A stretch of 64,000 nt of DNA from Bacteroidota bacterium. Lineage in GTDB: Bacteria; Bacteroidota; Bacteroidia; Bacteroidales; DYOH01. The stretch is from positions 18,026 through 82,025 of the forward strand of contig JAIFMY010000025.1 of the NCBI GenBank assembly GCA_020048155.1, in the 5' to 3' direction. The notes beneath the pieces were generated by a model. That model made no database searches, was not told where the DNA came from, and was given only the letters and a program-made list of their open reading frames with translations. Positions within the stretch are counted from its first letter, which is position 1; every line of letters begins with the position of its first letter. This document shows, one piece after another, positions 19,115-28,063 of this stretch. The position numbers and the translations under genes are program-made.

Positions 19115-19171
19115 ATTATAATTTTTATCATAACTTAGCTTCAATAAAAAAAGAGCCCGATATAAGAAATT

Positions 19172-21190
19172 ATGCAACGGAAATCGATAACCTGGCAAAT
19201 AATTTTACAAGCAACCTTTCCCATTTTTACGGCAATGGTAGTATTGGCGACTATCAATTTTATTCACTCCAAGAATATACAAAACCAAGCCAATGAAACA
19301 AAAAAGAAAATAATTGCCAACGAAATAAAACATATATACGACCTGCAAGACATTACCCTAGAGATTTTGGAGCAGACCATGGATAACAAAATGAAGCAAT
19401 GGAGTAATGAGCTTGTATACAAATACCTAAAAAATACAGATGTTGCTGATACCATAAATCTGTTCCGCATACAGCAGGAAATGGGGCTTGATACTACGAT
19501 ACACCATATATATCTTATCAATCGCGAGGGCATCATTACCAATACTACTTTCAGACCCGACCTCAGGCTCAATGTTTTCAGTTTTGGTGAAGAACATAAA
19601 AATTTCTTCCTGAGTGTATTTGAAAGTGGTATGTTTACAAGCCAACGTTTTGCTAACGAGGCACGTACACAACGACTAAAAAAATACAGCTACCAAGCAA
19701 CCACCGACCGCAAGTATATTGTAGAAATTGGAAGCTATTCCGAAAAACTTAATGATGTGGATGAATCGATGCAACGTTCGCTCAATGAGATTAGTCAATT
19801 GCAAGAAGGTATTATTTCAGTAGATTTATTTATTGTCTCCGAAGTTATTTTCGCTACAAACAAAAACACTATTTTAGACCCCGACCATAAACCTGCCATA
19901 TTGAAAGCCTTTCAGGAAAAAAGCTCAGAAACAATTGAAGAAGAAATAGATGGGGTAAAAGTATATTATGAGTATTCACATATTAACCGCAAAAGCAACG
20001 AACTTTATAAAGGTGCAGTTGTAAGAATCGTATACGACAGGGAACAAATTAATACTTCACTTACCAAAGAGCTTACACGATCGGTGGCTGTCTTCAGCAT
20101 AGCCCTGTTAGCTGTAGTATTACTTATATTCGGGCTTACTCGGAAGCTTACTCAGCCATTGCAACACTTAGCCCAGAAGGTTATACACATTGCCAATGGT
20201 AATTTTCATGAAAGAGCCGAAGTTGTGGGCAACAACGAAATAACAGTTCTCTCAGAACAATTCAACAACATGGTTTCCCGTTTGGAAGAATACTACCGTA
20301 CACTTGAAGAAAAAGTGAAGGAACGCACCGAACAGCTGGAACAGAAAAACATAGAATTACGCTCTGAAAGAGACAAAGTTAATTCACAACACCAAAGAAT
20401 ACGAAGTAGCCTTAGGTATGCAAAAACCATACAGAGTGCCATTTTGCCTAACCCCAAGAGCATAGACAGATTGTTTGAAAATTTCATTATTTATTTTCCT
20501 AAAGATATAGTATCCGGCGACTTGTACTGGCTATCAGCATTGCCCGACAATACAAATTATACGTTTCTGGCCGTCATTGACTGTACCGGACATGGTGTAC
20601 CAGGTGCTTTCATGAGTATGATTGCCGACCGTTTGCTCAACAGTATTGTAAACGAGCAAAAGATATATTCACCTGCTAAAATACTTGAATTGCTCGATAT
20701 GGGTGTGCGTACAGCCCTCCGCCAGCACGAAACCGAAAATGACGATGGGATGGACGTCTCATTTATTAGACTTACTAAAACTTCAGAAAAAGTAAACGAC
20801 AAAAACGTGGATCGCGTTACCGCAATATATGCCGGTGCCAAGCGCCCCATTATTATATACCATGCCGATAGACAAAATATAGAAACAATCAAAGGAAATA
20901 TACGGTCGATTGGCGGACAAAGATACGGACTCGAAGAATCATTTGAGGAACGCAACCTCAACCTCAACACCGGAGATATACTTTATTTAAGTTCCGATGG
21001 ATATACAGATCAAAAATCCCCTCTTCCAGAAAGAAGACGATTTGGAAACTCAAAACTTCAACAAATACTTATCGCAAGCGCAAAATTAACCATGCGCGAG
21101 CAAAAGCTTATTCTTGAAAAAGAGTTGCGATCACATATGTCTACTACCGAGCAGATGGACGATATTACACTTCTTGGCATCCGTTGCTAA
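19172..21190 (+). CDS. membrane sensor with periplasmic Cache-like region, HAMP, coiled coil and PP2C/SpoIIE phosphatase domain
   Basis: Two TM segments flank a ~280-aa ectodomain. The HAMP is PLQHLAQKVIHIANGNFHERAEVVGNNEITVLSEQFNNMVSRLEE. The SpoIIE core is SGDLYWL ... VIDCTGHGVPGAFMSM ... DGMD ... SDGYTDQ. Confidence 0.85.
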   Translation: MQRKSITWQIILQATFPIFTAMVVLATINFIHSKNIQNQANETKKKIIANEIKHIYDLQDITLEILEQTMDNKMKQWSNELVYKYLKNTDVADTINLFRIQQEMGLDTTIHHIYLINREGIITNTTFRPDLRLNVFSFGEEHKNFFLSVFESGMFTSQRFANEARTQRLKKYSYQATTDRKYIVEIGSYSEKLNDVDESMQRSLNEISQLQEGIISVDLFIVSEVIFATNKNTILDPDHKPAILKAFQEKSSETIEEEIDGVKVYYEYSHINRKSNELYKGAVVRIVYDREQINTSLTKELTRSVAVFSIALLAVVLLIFGLTRKLTQPLQHLAQKVIHIANGNFHERAEVVGNNEITVLSEQFNNMVSRLEEYYRTLEEKVKERTEQLEQKNIELRSERDKVNSQHQRIRSSLRYAKTIQSAILPNPKSIDRLFENFIIYFPKDIVSGDLYWLSALPDNTNYTFLAVIDCTGHGVPGAFMSMIADRLLNSIVNEQKIYSPAKILELLDMGVRTALRQHETENDDGMDVSFIRLTKTSEKVNDKNVDRVTAIYAGAKRPIIIYHADRQNIETIKGNIRSIGGQRYGLEESFEERNLNLNTGDILYLSSDGYTDQKSPLPERRRFGNSKLQQILIASAKLTMREQKLILEKELRSHMSTTEQMDDITLLGIRC

Positions 21191-21454
21191 ATTTAAATGT
21201 TAATTTTATCGTTTTTTTAGATACTCAATACTCAAACTCGGCCATTTTCAATATTCGTATTACCCTCTTTTACTGAATGTAATACACACGGGTAGTATGA
21301 TGTAAGCGCCTGCACTTTTTAACGCATCAGTAGCATAAAATTATTTACCCAACATTTTATTTGCTCTTTATAATAAACCTTGTTGGTACATTGGTATTTT
21401 TTTTATCTTCGCAGCATTAATTTTTCAGATAATATACATATTAACTAGATAGTC

Positions 21455-23572
21455 ATGGCAACTTTAGAGAGTATCAGAAAAAGAGGCAAGATAGTAGCAT
21501 TCGTAGTAGGATTTGCTTTGCTTGCTTTTATACTCGGCGACTTCATCAACTCAAGCAGCACACTGTTTGGGGGTCAGGATCGGTCAATAGGAGAAATTTC
21601 CGGCAATTCAATTGATGCAAATCTGTATTTCCAGAAAGTACAGGAATTAGAAGACCTATACAGACAGCAAGGCCGTCTGGAACAAATTTCAGGCGATATG
21701 GTTCGCTCTCAGGTGTGGGAAGAACTTGTACAGGATTTCATCATGGAAGACGAATATAAAGAAATAGGTTTGGCAATAGAATACCCAACATATTCCGGCA
21801 TATCCCCAGAAGAAGTATTTGATATGGTTAAAGGTAAAAATGTTGACCCGATGATTCGTCAACTCTTTACTAATCCGCAAACCGGCGAGTTTAATCCCGC
21901 AACTGTCATCAACTTTCTCAAACAAATGAATTCCAGCGATGCCACTATGGCTCAATGGTTGCAAATTGAAAAAGAATTGCTCAGAAAAAGAATCAGTACC
22001 AAATATAATAATCTCATTCAGAAAGGATTATTTGTAACATCTATGCAAGCAAAACAAGAACATTTCGAAAGAAATCTTCTTACCAATATAGACTACCTCG
22101 AAATGCGTTACAACCTGATTGCAGATACCGCAGTAACCGTAACCGACAAAGATTTGGAAAAATATTTCGAGGCCAATAAATACAAATTCAGACAAGAAGC
22201 TTCGCGTGACATCGCTTATGTTTCTTTCAATATAGCACCTTCAAAATCAGATAGTGCTGCTACTGAAAAACAAGTTAGACAGATTTTTGAAGAATTCAAA
22301 ACCACTGACGATGCAGAGTCTTTTGTAAAAAGAAACAGCGATGTGGATTTCAACCCACGAAGCCTTAAAAAAGAAGAACTTACTGCACCTTTTGATACTG
22401 TGATGTTTGCCATTGAAGTTGGGAGTATATACGGTCCGGTGCTTGACAATAACTACTGGAAATTTGCAAAACTTCTTTCTCGCGAAAATGTACCCGATTC
22501 TATTCAAGCTCGCCATATTTTGGTGGGTGGCGATAAAGCCAGAGCTACACAAGTGCTCGATAGCCTGAAACTTCTTATCGATGGTGGTGCAGATTTTGGA
22601 CAGTTGGCTTTACAATTCTCACAAGACCAAGGAAGTGCGCAAAATGGTGGCATGCTCGAATGGTTTACTGAAGGACAAATGATAAAAGAGTTCAACGATG
22701 CTTGTGTTAAAGGTGATTTAAACAAACTGCAAGTGGTAGAAACCAAAGCTGGTATGCACTTGGTACAAGTACTTGAGCGAAAAGCATACGTGAATAAAGT
22801 ACGTGTTGCTTCTGTTGAAATAGAACTTAAAGCAAGCCCTGAAACCAGAAATATGCTTTATACACAGGCAAGTGCATTCGCATCGAGCGCCTCAGATGCC
22901 GAAACTTTTGACAAAACTGTGGTAGAGCAAAAACTGAATAAACTCATTGCAAACAACCTCACAACAGGTGCAAGCAATATAGCCGGTATGCAAGAATCTG
23001 AAAGCCTTGTAAAAGCTGCTTTCCGTTCTGAAAAAGGCGATATTCTGCTCAACCCCTATGAAAACAAAAACCCTGTGTTCGAAATTCAGGACCGTTTTAT
23101 AGTTGCTTATCTTACTGAAGTGCGCGAAAAGGGTACTCCCGAACTTGAGTCGATAAGACAAGAACTTGAATTTGAAGTAATAAAAGAAAAGAAAGCAGAA
23201 AAATTCATGACTCAGTTCAATGATGCAATGAAATCTGCTAAATCCCTCCAAGATGTTGCAGCAAAGCTCGGAATAGAAGTTCGTACCACTGCAAACGTGA
23301 GTTTCGGCGGATTTCAGATACCTGCGATAGGTGTAGAACCCCAAGTGATAGCACATGCTACCGCTCTGCCTCTCAACAAAATGAGCAGCCCTATAAAAGG
23401 TGCAAGCGGTGTATTTATCGTTGTAGTGACTTCTACTAATGATTTCAAACCTGCTGACTACGGACAAGAAATGAGCAGGCTTGTAAACGATTTGCAGACA
23501 CGCTCAAGTTTTCAGGTATACCAAGCATTGCGCGAAGCAGCCAATGTAGTAGATTACAGATACAATTTCTAA
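21455..23572 (+). CDS. PpiD/SurA-like periplasmic peptidyl-prolyl isomerase (parvulin domain)
   Basis: 705 aa with an N-terminal TM anchor. The parvulin signature is IQARHILV ... FGQLALQFSQDQGSAQNGGMLEWF. Confidence 0.85.
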   Translation: MATLESIRKRGKIVAFVVGFALLAFILGDFINSSSTLFGGQDRSIGEISGNSIDANLYFQKVQELEDLYRQQGRLEQISGDMVRSQVWEELVQDFIMEDEYKEIGLAIEYPTYSGISPEEVFDMVKGKNVDPMIRQLFTNPQTGEFNPATVINFLKQMNSSDATMAQWLQIEKELLRKRISTKYNNLIQKGLFVTSMQAKQEHFERNLLTNIDYLEMRYNLIADTAVTVTDKDLEKYFEANKYKFRQEASRDIAYVSFNIAPSKSDSAATEKQVRQIFEEFKTTDDAESFVKRNSDVDFNPRSLKKEELTAPFDTVMFAIEVGSIYGPVLDNNYWKFAKLLSRENVPDSIQARHILVGGDKARATQVLDSLKLLIDGGADFGQLALQFSQDQGSAQNGGMLEWFTEGQMIKEFNDACVKGDLNKLQVVETKAGMHLVQVLERKAYVNKVRVASVEIELKASPETRNMLYTQASAFASSASDAETFDKTVVEQKLNKLIANNLTTGASNIAGMQESESLVKAAFRSEKGDILLNPYENKNPVFEIQDRFIVAYLTEVREKGTPELESIRQELEFEVIKEKKAEKFMTQFNDAMKSAKSLQDVAAKLGIEVRTTANVSFGGFQIPAIGVEPQVIAHATALPLNKMSSPIKGASGVFIVVVTSTNDFKPADYGQEMSRLVNDLQTRSSFQVYQALREAANVVDYRYNF

Positions 23573-23592
23573 AACATTCTAATTAATTATAT

Positions 23593-23630
23593 AAAAAGTG
23601 AGGGAAAGAAATTTTTCTCACTTTTTTTAT
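23593..23630 (+). terminator. Rho-independent terminator of the PPIase gene
   Basis: AAAAAGTGAG 23593-23602 pairs with CTCACTTTTT 23617-23626, followed by a T-run. Confidence 0.7.
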
Positions 23631-23744
23631 TTTCAACATGTTATAAAATTTCCTTCCAAAAAAAAATTTGACCTTCAACATATCGATCTGCTTGCTTTAC
23701 ATTTTCATTTTTTTAATTAAATTAGCAGAGAGTTATTCTATTCC

Positions 23745-25085
23745 ATGAAACTATATAAGTTTTCTGCAATTTCGCTGCAAAATCAGTTTTATCAGGCTAT
23801 ATTCTTTGGCGTGATTACCCTTCTTCTTGCGTATATACAAATCAATATACCAGGAGTAGATTCAGCTATAAGCAACCTCATGGAATTGGGCATAGTTATC
23901 AGTATTTTGCATACCCGCAAAACTTACGCATTTCTCATTATTTCAGGTATATCTGCATTAGCTACACCAGCCAGTGGCTCATACTTGAGTACATTCTTCA
24001 CTCATCTCATATCAGTTTACATCATCTGGCAGCTATATTTGTTTTTTTATCAACGTATAAAAGGGAAACTAAATCTGTCCATTTTCTGGATTGTCATGAT
24101 TTTCATTTACTACTTTGTATTGATTATACCTCTGCTTATCATTACCAATTATATTTTCGGACTGAATACTGAGCATACTTTTTTTGTATTTTATTCTCAT
24201 ATCAGCCGGTCTATATCATCAGAGCTTATCATTACCCTGTTTTTTACAACCCTGTATTTTGTCCAATACCTGCTAAGGGTTGAACTCAGAACCCACAAAA
24301 ATAAGCTGGAAGAATTAGTAGCGTTGCGCACCAAGGAACTTACTTCCGCTATGGCCGAATTGAAATCAGCACAACAACAACTAATACAATCGGAAAAAAT
24401 GGCATCGCTAGGAACACTGATAGCTGGCATTGCTCACGAAATAAATAACCCCCTCAATTATATATCGGGAGGAATTAGTCTCATCACAGAATTGCAGCAT
24501 GAAATAAAGCCGGAACCTACCCGAGGTTTTTACGAACAAATGAATATGGGTACCCATATGATCAAAGACGGGTTATACAAAGCTACCCACATAGTGAAAT
24601 CGCTGATGACATTTTCATACAAGGGTAAACCGAAAATTTCTGTAGCAGACCTAAATGAAATAATTGAAAACACACTTCTGTTTTTCAATCACAAATTTCC
24701 CTCTGACACTATTATTGAGAAAGACTTTCATTTGCAAGTTCCTGTACCAATGTTCGTTGACAAAATACATCAGGTATTCATCAACGTAATTGAAAATGCA
24801 ATATATGAGCTTAAACAGGTTGCTGATAAGGATCGAAAACTCATCATCACAACATCTTCGAAAGACAATATAGCCTTGGTCACCTTCACTAATATTGGGA
24901 ATAGCATCCCCGAAGAAAAAATTCGTAACGTGTTTGATCCGTTTTATACCACCAAGCCTCCAGGACAAGGCATAGGCTTGGGCTTATCTATTGCATACAG
25001 CATCATTCAAGAGCACAATGGGAATATATACCTGGAAAATACTAATAGTGGCGTTTGTGTAAGTATTGTACTACCAATACAATAA
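23745..25085 (+). CDS. orphan sensor histidine kinase with polytopic membrane N-terminus
   Basis: About 6 hydrophobic helices, a coiled coil, H-box MASLGTLIAGIAHEINNPLNYI, and HATPase_c (FDPFYTTKPPGQGIGLGLSI). There is no adjacent response regulator. Confidence 0.85.
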   Translation: MKLYKFSAISLQNQFYQAIFFGVITLLLAYIQINIPGVDSAISNLMELGIVISILHTRKTYAFLIISGISALATPASGSYLSTFFTHLISVYIIWQLYLFFYQRIKGKLNLSIFWIVMIFIYYFVLIIPLLIITNYIFGLNTEHTFFVFYSHISRSISSELIITLFFTTLYFVQYLLRVELRTHKNKLEELVALRTKELTSAMAELKSAQQQLIQSEKMASLGTLIAGIAHEINNPLNYISGGISLITELQHEIKPEPTRGFYEQMNMGTHMIKDGLYKATHIVKSLMTFSYKGKPKISVADLNEIIENTLLFFNHKFPSDTIIEKDFHLQVPVPMFVDKIHQVFINVIENAIYELKQVADKDRKLIITTSSKDNIALVTFTNIGNSIPEEKIRNVFDPFYTTKPPGQGIGLGLSIAYSIIQEHNGNIYLENTNSGVCVSIVLPIQ

Positions 25086-25100
25086 GCTTCAATGGCTTAT

Positions 25101-25601
25101 CTATTGTACCGCTAATTGAGTAGTTTTACTTAAGAGTGTTTGTGCAAAAACTTCTATAGCCTGATTATCCAATCGGTATACTGATTCTTTGGTTTTCATG
25201 ATTTTTTTTACTAAAAATTTCTCGATGAAATTCATACGCTCAATGAGCAACTCTCCGCCCAATGTATCCATAGCCAAGCTTTTTGCGCGTAAAGGTTCAG
25301 GAAATGCATTTTCAATTTGTGTAAGAGCCTTTATTCCGGTTTCTATACAAAGTATAAATAATCCAAGATTTTTTTCTAAAAGCAATCGCTCGTGCTGTAT
25401 ACAAAACTTGTGAATAGATGACTGAATGCTTCCTTCATGTATAGAACCGCCGATGATGATCAAATCATAGTTTTCCAAACCGGTAACTTTTTGTTTTTCG
25501 AGGTTCACAGAAGTCACATCCCCTTTTATAAGTTCCATCAGGCGGGAGGTAACTTTTTCAGTACTGCCATGTCGGGTTGCATACACTATAAGAGTCTTCA
25601 T
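25101..25601 (-). CDS. flavodoxin-domain protein, HemG-like
   Basis: MKTLIVYATRHGSTEKV ... DLIIIGGSIHEG. The size and layout resemble long-chain-less flavodoxin and HemG. A HemG function is not proven. Confidence 0.6.
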   Translation of the reverse strand: MKTLIVYATRHGSTEKVTSRLMELIKGDVTSVNLEKQKVTGLENYDLIIIGGSIHEGSIQSSIHKFCIQHERLLLEKNLGLFILCIETGIKALTQIENAFPEPLRAKSLAMDTLGGELLIERMNFIEKFLVKKIMKTKESVYRLDNQAIEVFAQTLLSKTTQLAVQ

Positions 25602-25677
25602 ATTCAGTTCATTAATAATAGTAAGTAAAATACACTTTCATCAGCACACTTCACCCTTTGGAATCAGGGCAAAAGCT

Positions 25678-25685
25678 TAAGTTTG
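25678..25685 (+). promoter_or_regulatory. candidate -7 box (TAnnTTTG)
   Basis: Exact match TAAGTTTG, 54 nt upstream of the ATG at 25739. Confidence 0.4.
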
Positions 25686-25738
25686 AAATGAAGCATTTTT
25701 TTTATTCCTTTGCTGCGCAAATTAAAACAATATAGAAT

Positions 25739-26395
25739 ATGAAAAAATTATTTTTTTCAGCGCTATTGCTGATTGCATCATTCAACCTAATGGCTCAGGC
25801 TCCATATGTATCATTTAATACCGGCTTAAATTTGCCTTCATTGCGTGAATCTATGGGTTCCGACTCTAATGGTGATGATATCTATTCAAGTTACGGCAAG
25901 GGTTTGCCTTTGAACCTTACCGTTGGAGCGCATTTGGAAGACCACTGGGGCGCCGAGCTTGGACTGGAATATAACATTGGGTTTAATTCAGAAATAGATC
26001 AGTCTCCGGTTACCAAGGCCCGTGCAAACCAGTTTCGTTTGGTTCCTTCGGTTGTAGTTTTTACTGGCACAAGCGGTCTCGATTTTTATGCAAAATTCGG
26101 TTTGAATGTAGCCCTCTCTTCAAAATTTACTGCCGAAGAGAATGTGGCTGGAAATTTAGTGGTTTCAGAGTATAAAGGGTATTCGACCATCGGATACCGT
26201 GGTTCTTTTGGTGCATCATACAAATTGACTAATAATCTGTTCTTTACTGGAGAAGTTCAAATGAATGCCATGCGCGTAAAAGTAAAAGAAACTCTTATTC
26301 TTGGCAATGTAACCAGTTATCCTAAAGAAGACACTTTCACCTTGCCCTATAGCAGTATAGGTGCCAACTTTGGTGTTAAATTCGTATTATTCTAA
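25739..26395 (+). CDS. small outer-membrane beta-barrel protein
   Basis: Signal MKKLFFSALLLIASFNLMA-QA, alternating beta-strand pattern, and a C-terminal aromatic residue (GVKFVLF). Confidence 0.75.
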   Translation: MKKLFFSALLLIASFNLMAQAPYVSFNTGLNLPSLRESMGSDSNGDDIYSSYGKGLPLNLTVGAHLEDHWGAELGLEYNIGFNSEIDQSPVTKARANQFRLVPSVVVFTGTSGLDFYAKFGLNVALSSKFTAEENVAGNLVVSEYKGYSTIGYRGSFGASYKLTNNLFFTGEVQMNAMRVKVKETLILGNVTSYPKEDTFTLPYSSIGANFGVKFVLF

Positions 26396-26419
26396 AAAAT
26401 TTAATCTTTAAAAAAAAAC

Positions 26420-27155
26420 ATGAGACTCGATACCAGACTTGTTGAATTGGGAATGTGCGAATCGCGCACCAGGGCTACCGAAGCGATAAAAGCAGGTCTG
26501 GTTCGGGTAAATGGCAATATAGCAGGCAAAGCCAATACTGAAGTAAAAGACGCAGATACTTTAGAAATTGAAAAGCAGGCAAATATTTTTGTAAGCGCCG
26601 GAGGACAGAAACTCCAAAAAGCCATTGAAGACCTACATATTTCGTTCGAAAATAAAAGGGTACTCGATGTGGGTGCTTCTACCGGTGGTTTTACCGACTG
26701 CTGCCTGCATTACAACGCTGCACAAGGATCACCCCAAAGTGAGCTGGCTCGAGAATACTGATATCCGCAAATTCAGCCTCGAAGATCTGCAAATTCCGCC
26801 TTTCGACGCCATAGTAGCGGACGTTTCGTTTATGTCGCTAAGCCACATTATTCCGGTACTTAGCAAGTTGCTCAGCCCACAAGGCTATATGGTTCTGCTC
26901 ATAAAACCCCAGTTCGAAGTAGGAACAAAAGTAAAGTTCAAAGGCGGAATAGTGAACAATCCGCCACTGCACGAAAAAATACTCACCCGCATCATTGGTG
27001 AGCTCAATGCATTTTTGTTTACAGTGGAGGGCATCACCTTTGCTCCGGTAAGCCACAATAAAAACATTGAGTACCTGTTTTATATTACACAAAGCAGCAG
27101 ACAAGCTGTACTTCCTGTTTCCCAGATTATAAAAACCGCTTTCAGCCTCAAATAA
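26420..27155 (+). pseudogene. tlyA: TlyA-family rRNA 2'-O-methyltransferase disrupted by internal deletion plus frameshift
   Basis: Frame A (26420..26761) encodes an S4-like N-terminus and VLDVGASTGGFTDCCLHYNAA, then runs into a stop. Frame B (from about 26718) continues LHKDHPKVSWLENTDIRKF ... VADVSFMSL ... LIKPQFEVG ... NIEYLFY. The expected K-VYAVDVG-xNQ segment between them is absent. Confidence 0.7.
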
Positions 27156-27186
27156 AGGCCAGATAACCAGCCAACTTTAAACATTT

Positions 27187-27768
27187 ATGTACGAATATAT
27201 TTCAGGAAATATTGAATATCTGAGCCCTACATTGGCCATATTGGACAACCATGGCATAGGATACCAGATACAAATTTCGCTTTTTACATACACAGCTCTC
27301 AAACAAGGCCAAGCCGATAAGTTGCTGCTCTACCAGATAATAAGGGAAGATGCCCATATATTATTCGGTTTCAAAACTGCCGATGAGCGAGATATGTTCA
27401 AACTACTGATCGGCGTAAATGGCATAGGCGCCAATACTGCACGCATGATGCTTTCATCGCTTAGCCCCGCTGAGCTCAGGCAAGCCATATTTACGGATAA
27501 TATTTCGTTGCTAAAAACCATAAAAGGAATAGGCCTCAAAACCGCCCAGCGAGTGATAATTGAACTCAAAGACAAAATAAGCAAAACAGACGGTGCCTCT
27601 TCATTATCTATGCCGATGGTAAGCACCGGAAGATCTGAGGCCATAAGCGCCCTTATCATGCTAGGTTTTGCAAAACCCGAAGTAGAAAAAACGATTGATA
27701 AACTCTTAAGCACAGAACCATCATTATCAATAGAAAACTTGATAAAAAAAGCACTGAAAGCCCTTTAA
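27187..27768 (+). CDS. ruvA: Holliday junction branch migration protein RuvA
   Basis: MYEYISGNIEYLSPTLAILDNHGIGYQIQISLFTY ... LIGVNGIGANTARMMLS ... IKGIGLKTAQRVIIELKDK. Confidence 0.95.
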   Translation: MYEYISGNIEYLSPTLAILDNHGIGYQIQISLFTYTALKQGQADKLLLYQIIREDAHILFGFKTADERDMFKLLIGVNGIGANTARMMLSSLSPAELRQAIFTDNISLLKTIKGIGLKTAQRVIIELKDKISKTDGASSLSMPMVSTGRSEAISALIMLGFAKPEVEKTIDKLLSTEPSLSIENLIKKALKAL

Positions 27769-27822
27769 TTCCGTTTATTCATTATATTTATTTCATTTCC
27801 TTAAAAAAACTTTTCTTTCTTA

Positions 27823-27830
27823 TACATTTG
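27823..27830 (+). promoter_or_regulatory. candidate -7 box upstream of sprA
   Basis: Exact match TACATTTG. If used, it implies a leader of roughly 225 nt before the TTG start at 28064. Confidence 0.3.
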
Positions 27831-28063
27831 TTTTTAGAATAAAAATACATGCCAATGATGTAAATTTACGAACGATTTGCGCCTAAAGCCTTTACAATAC
27901 TCTGATTGAGTAGCATTTGGGTTATATTGGCGGCAAGTATTTCAATTATTCAGAACATAAAATTCTATCCGTATATACATTGCCAATCAATGTGCATAGT
28001 ATTTCGTATATGATTTGTTCTATTTAAAAACGTTTGTTTAACCATATCTCAAAAACATAGGTT

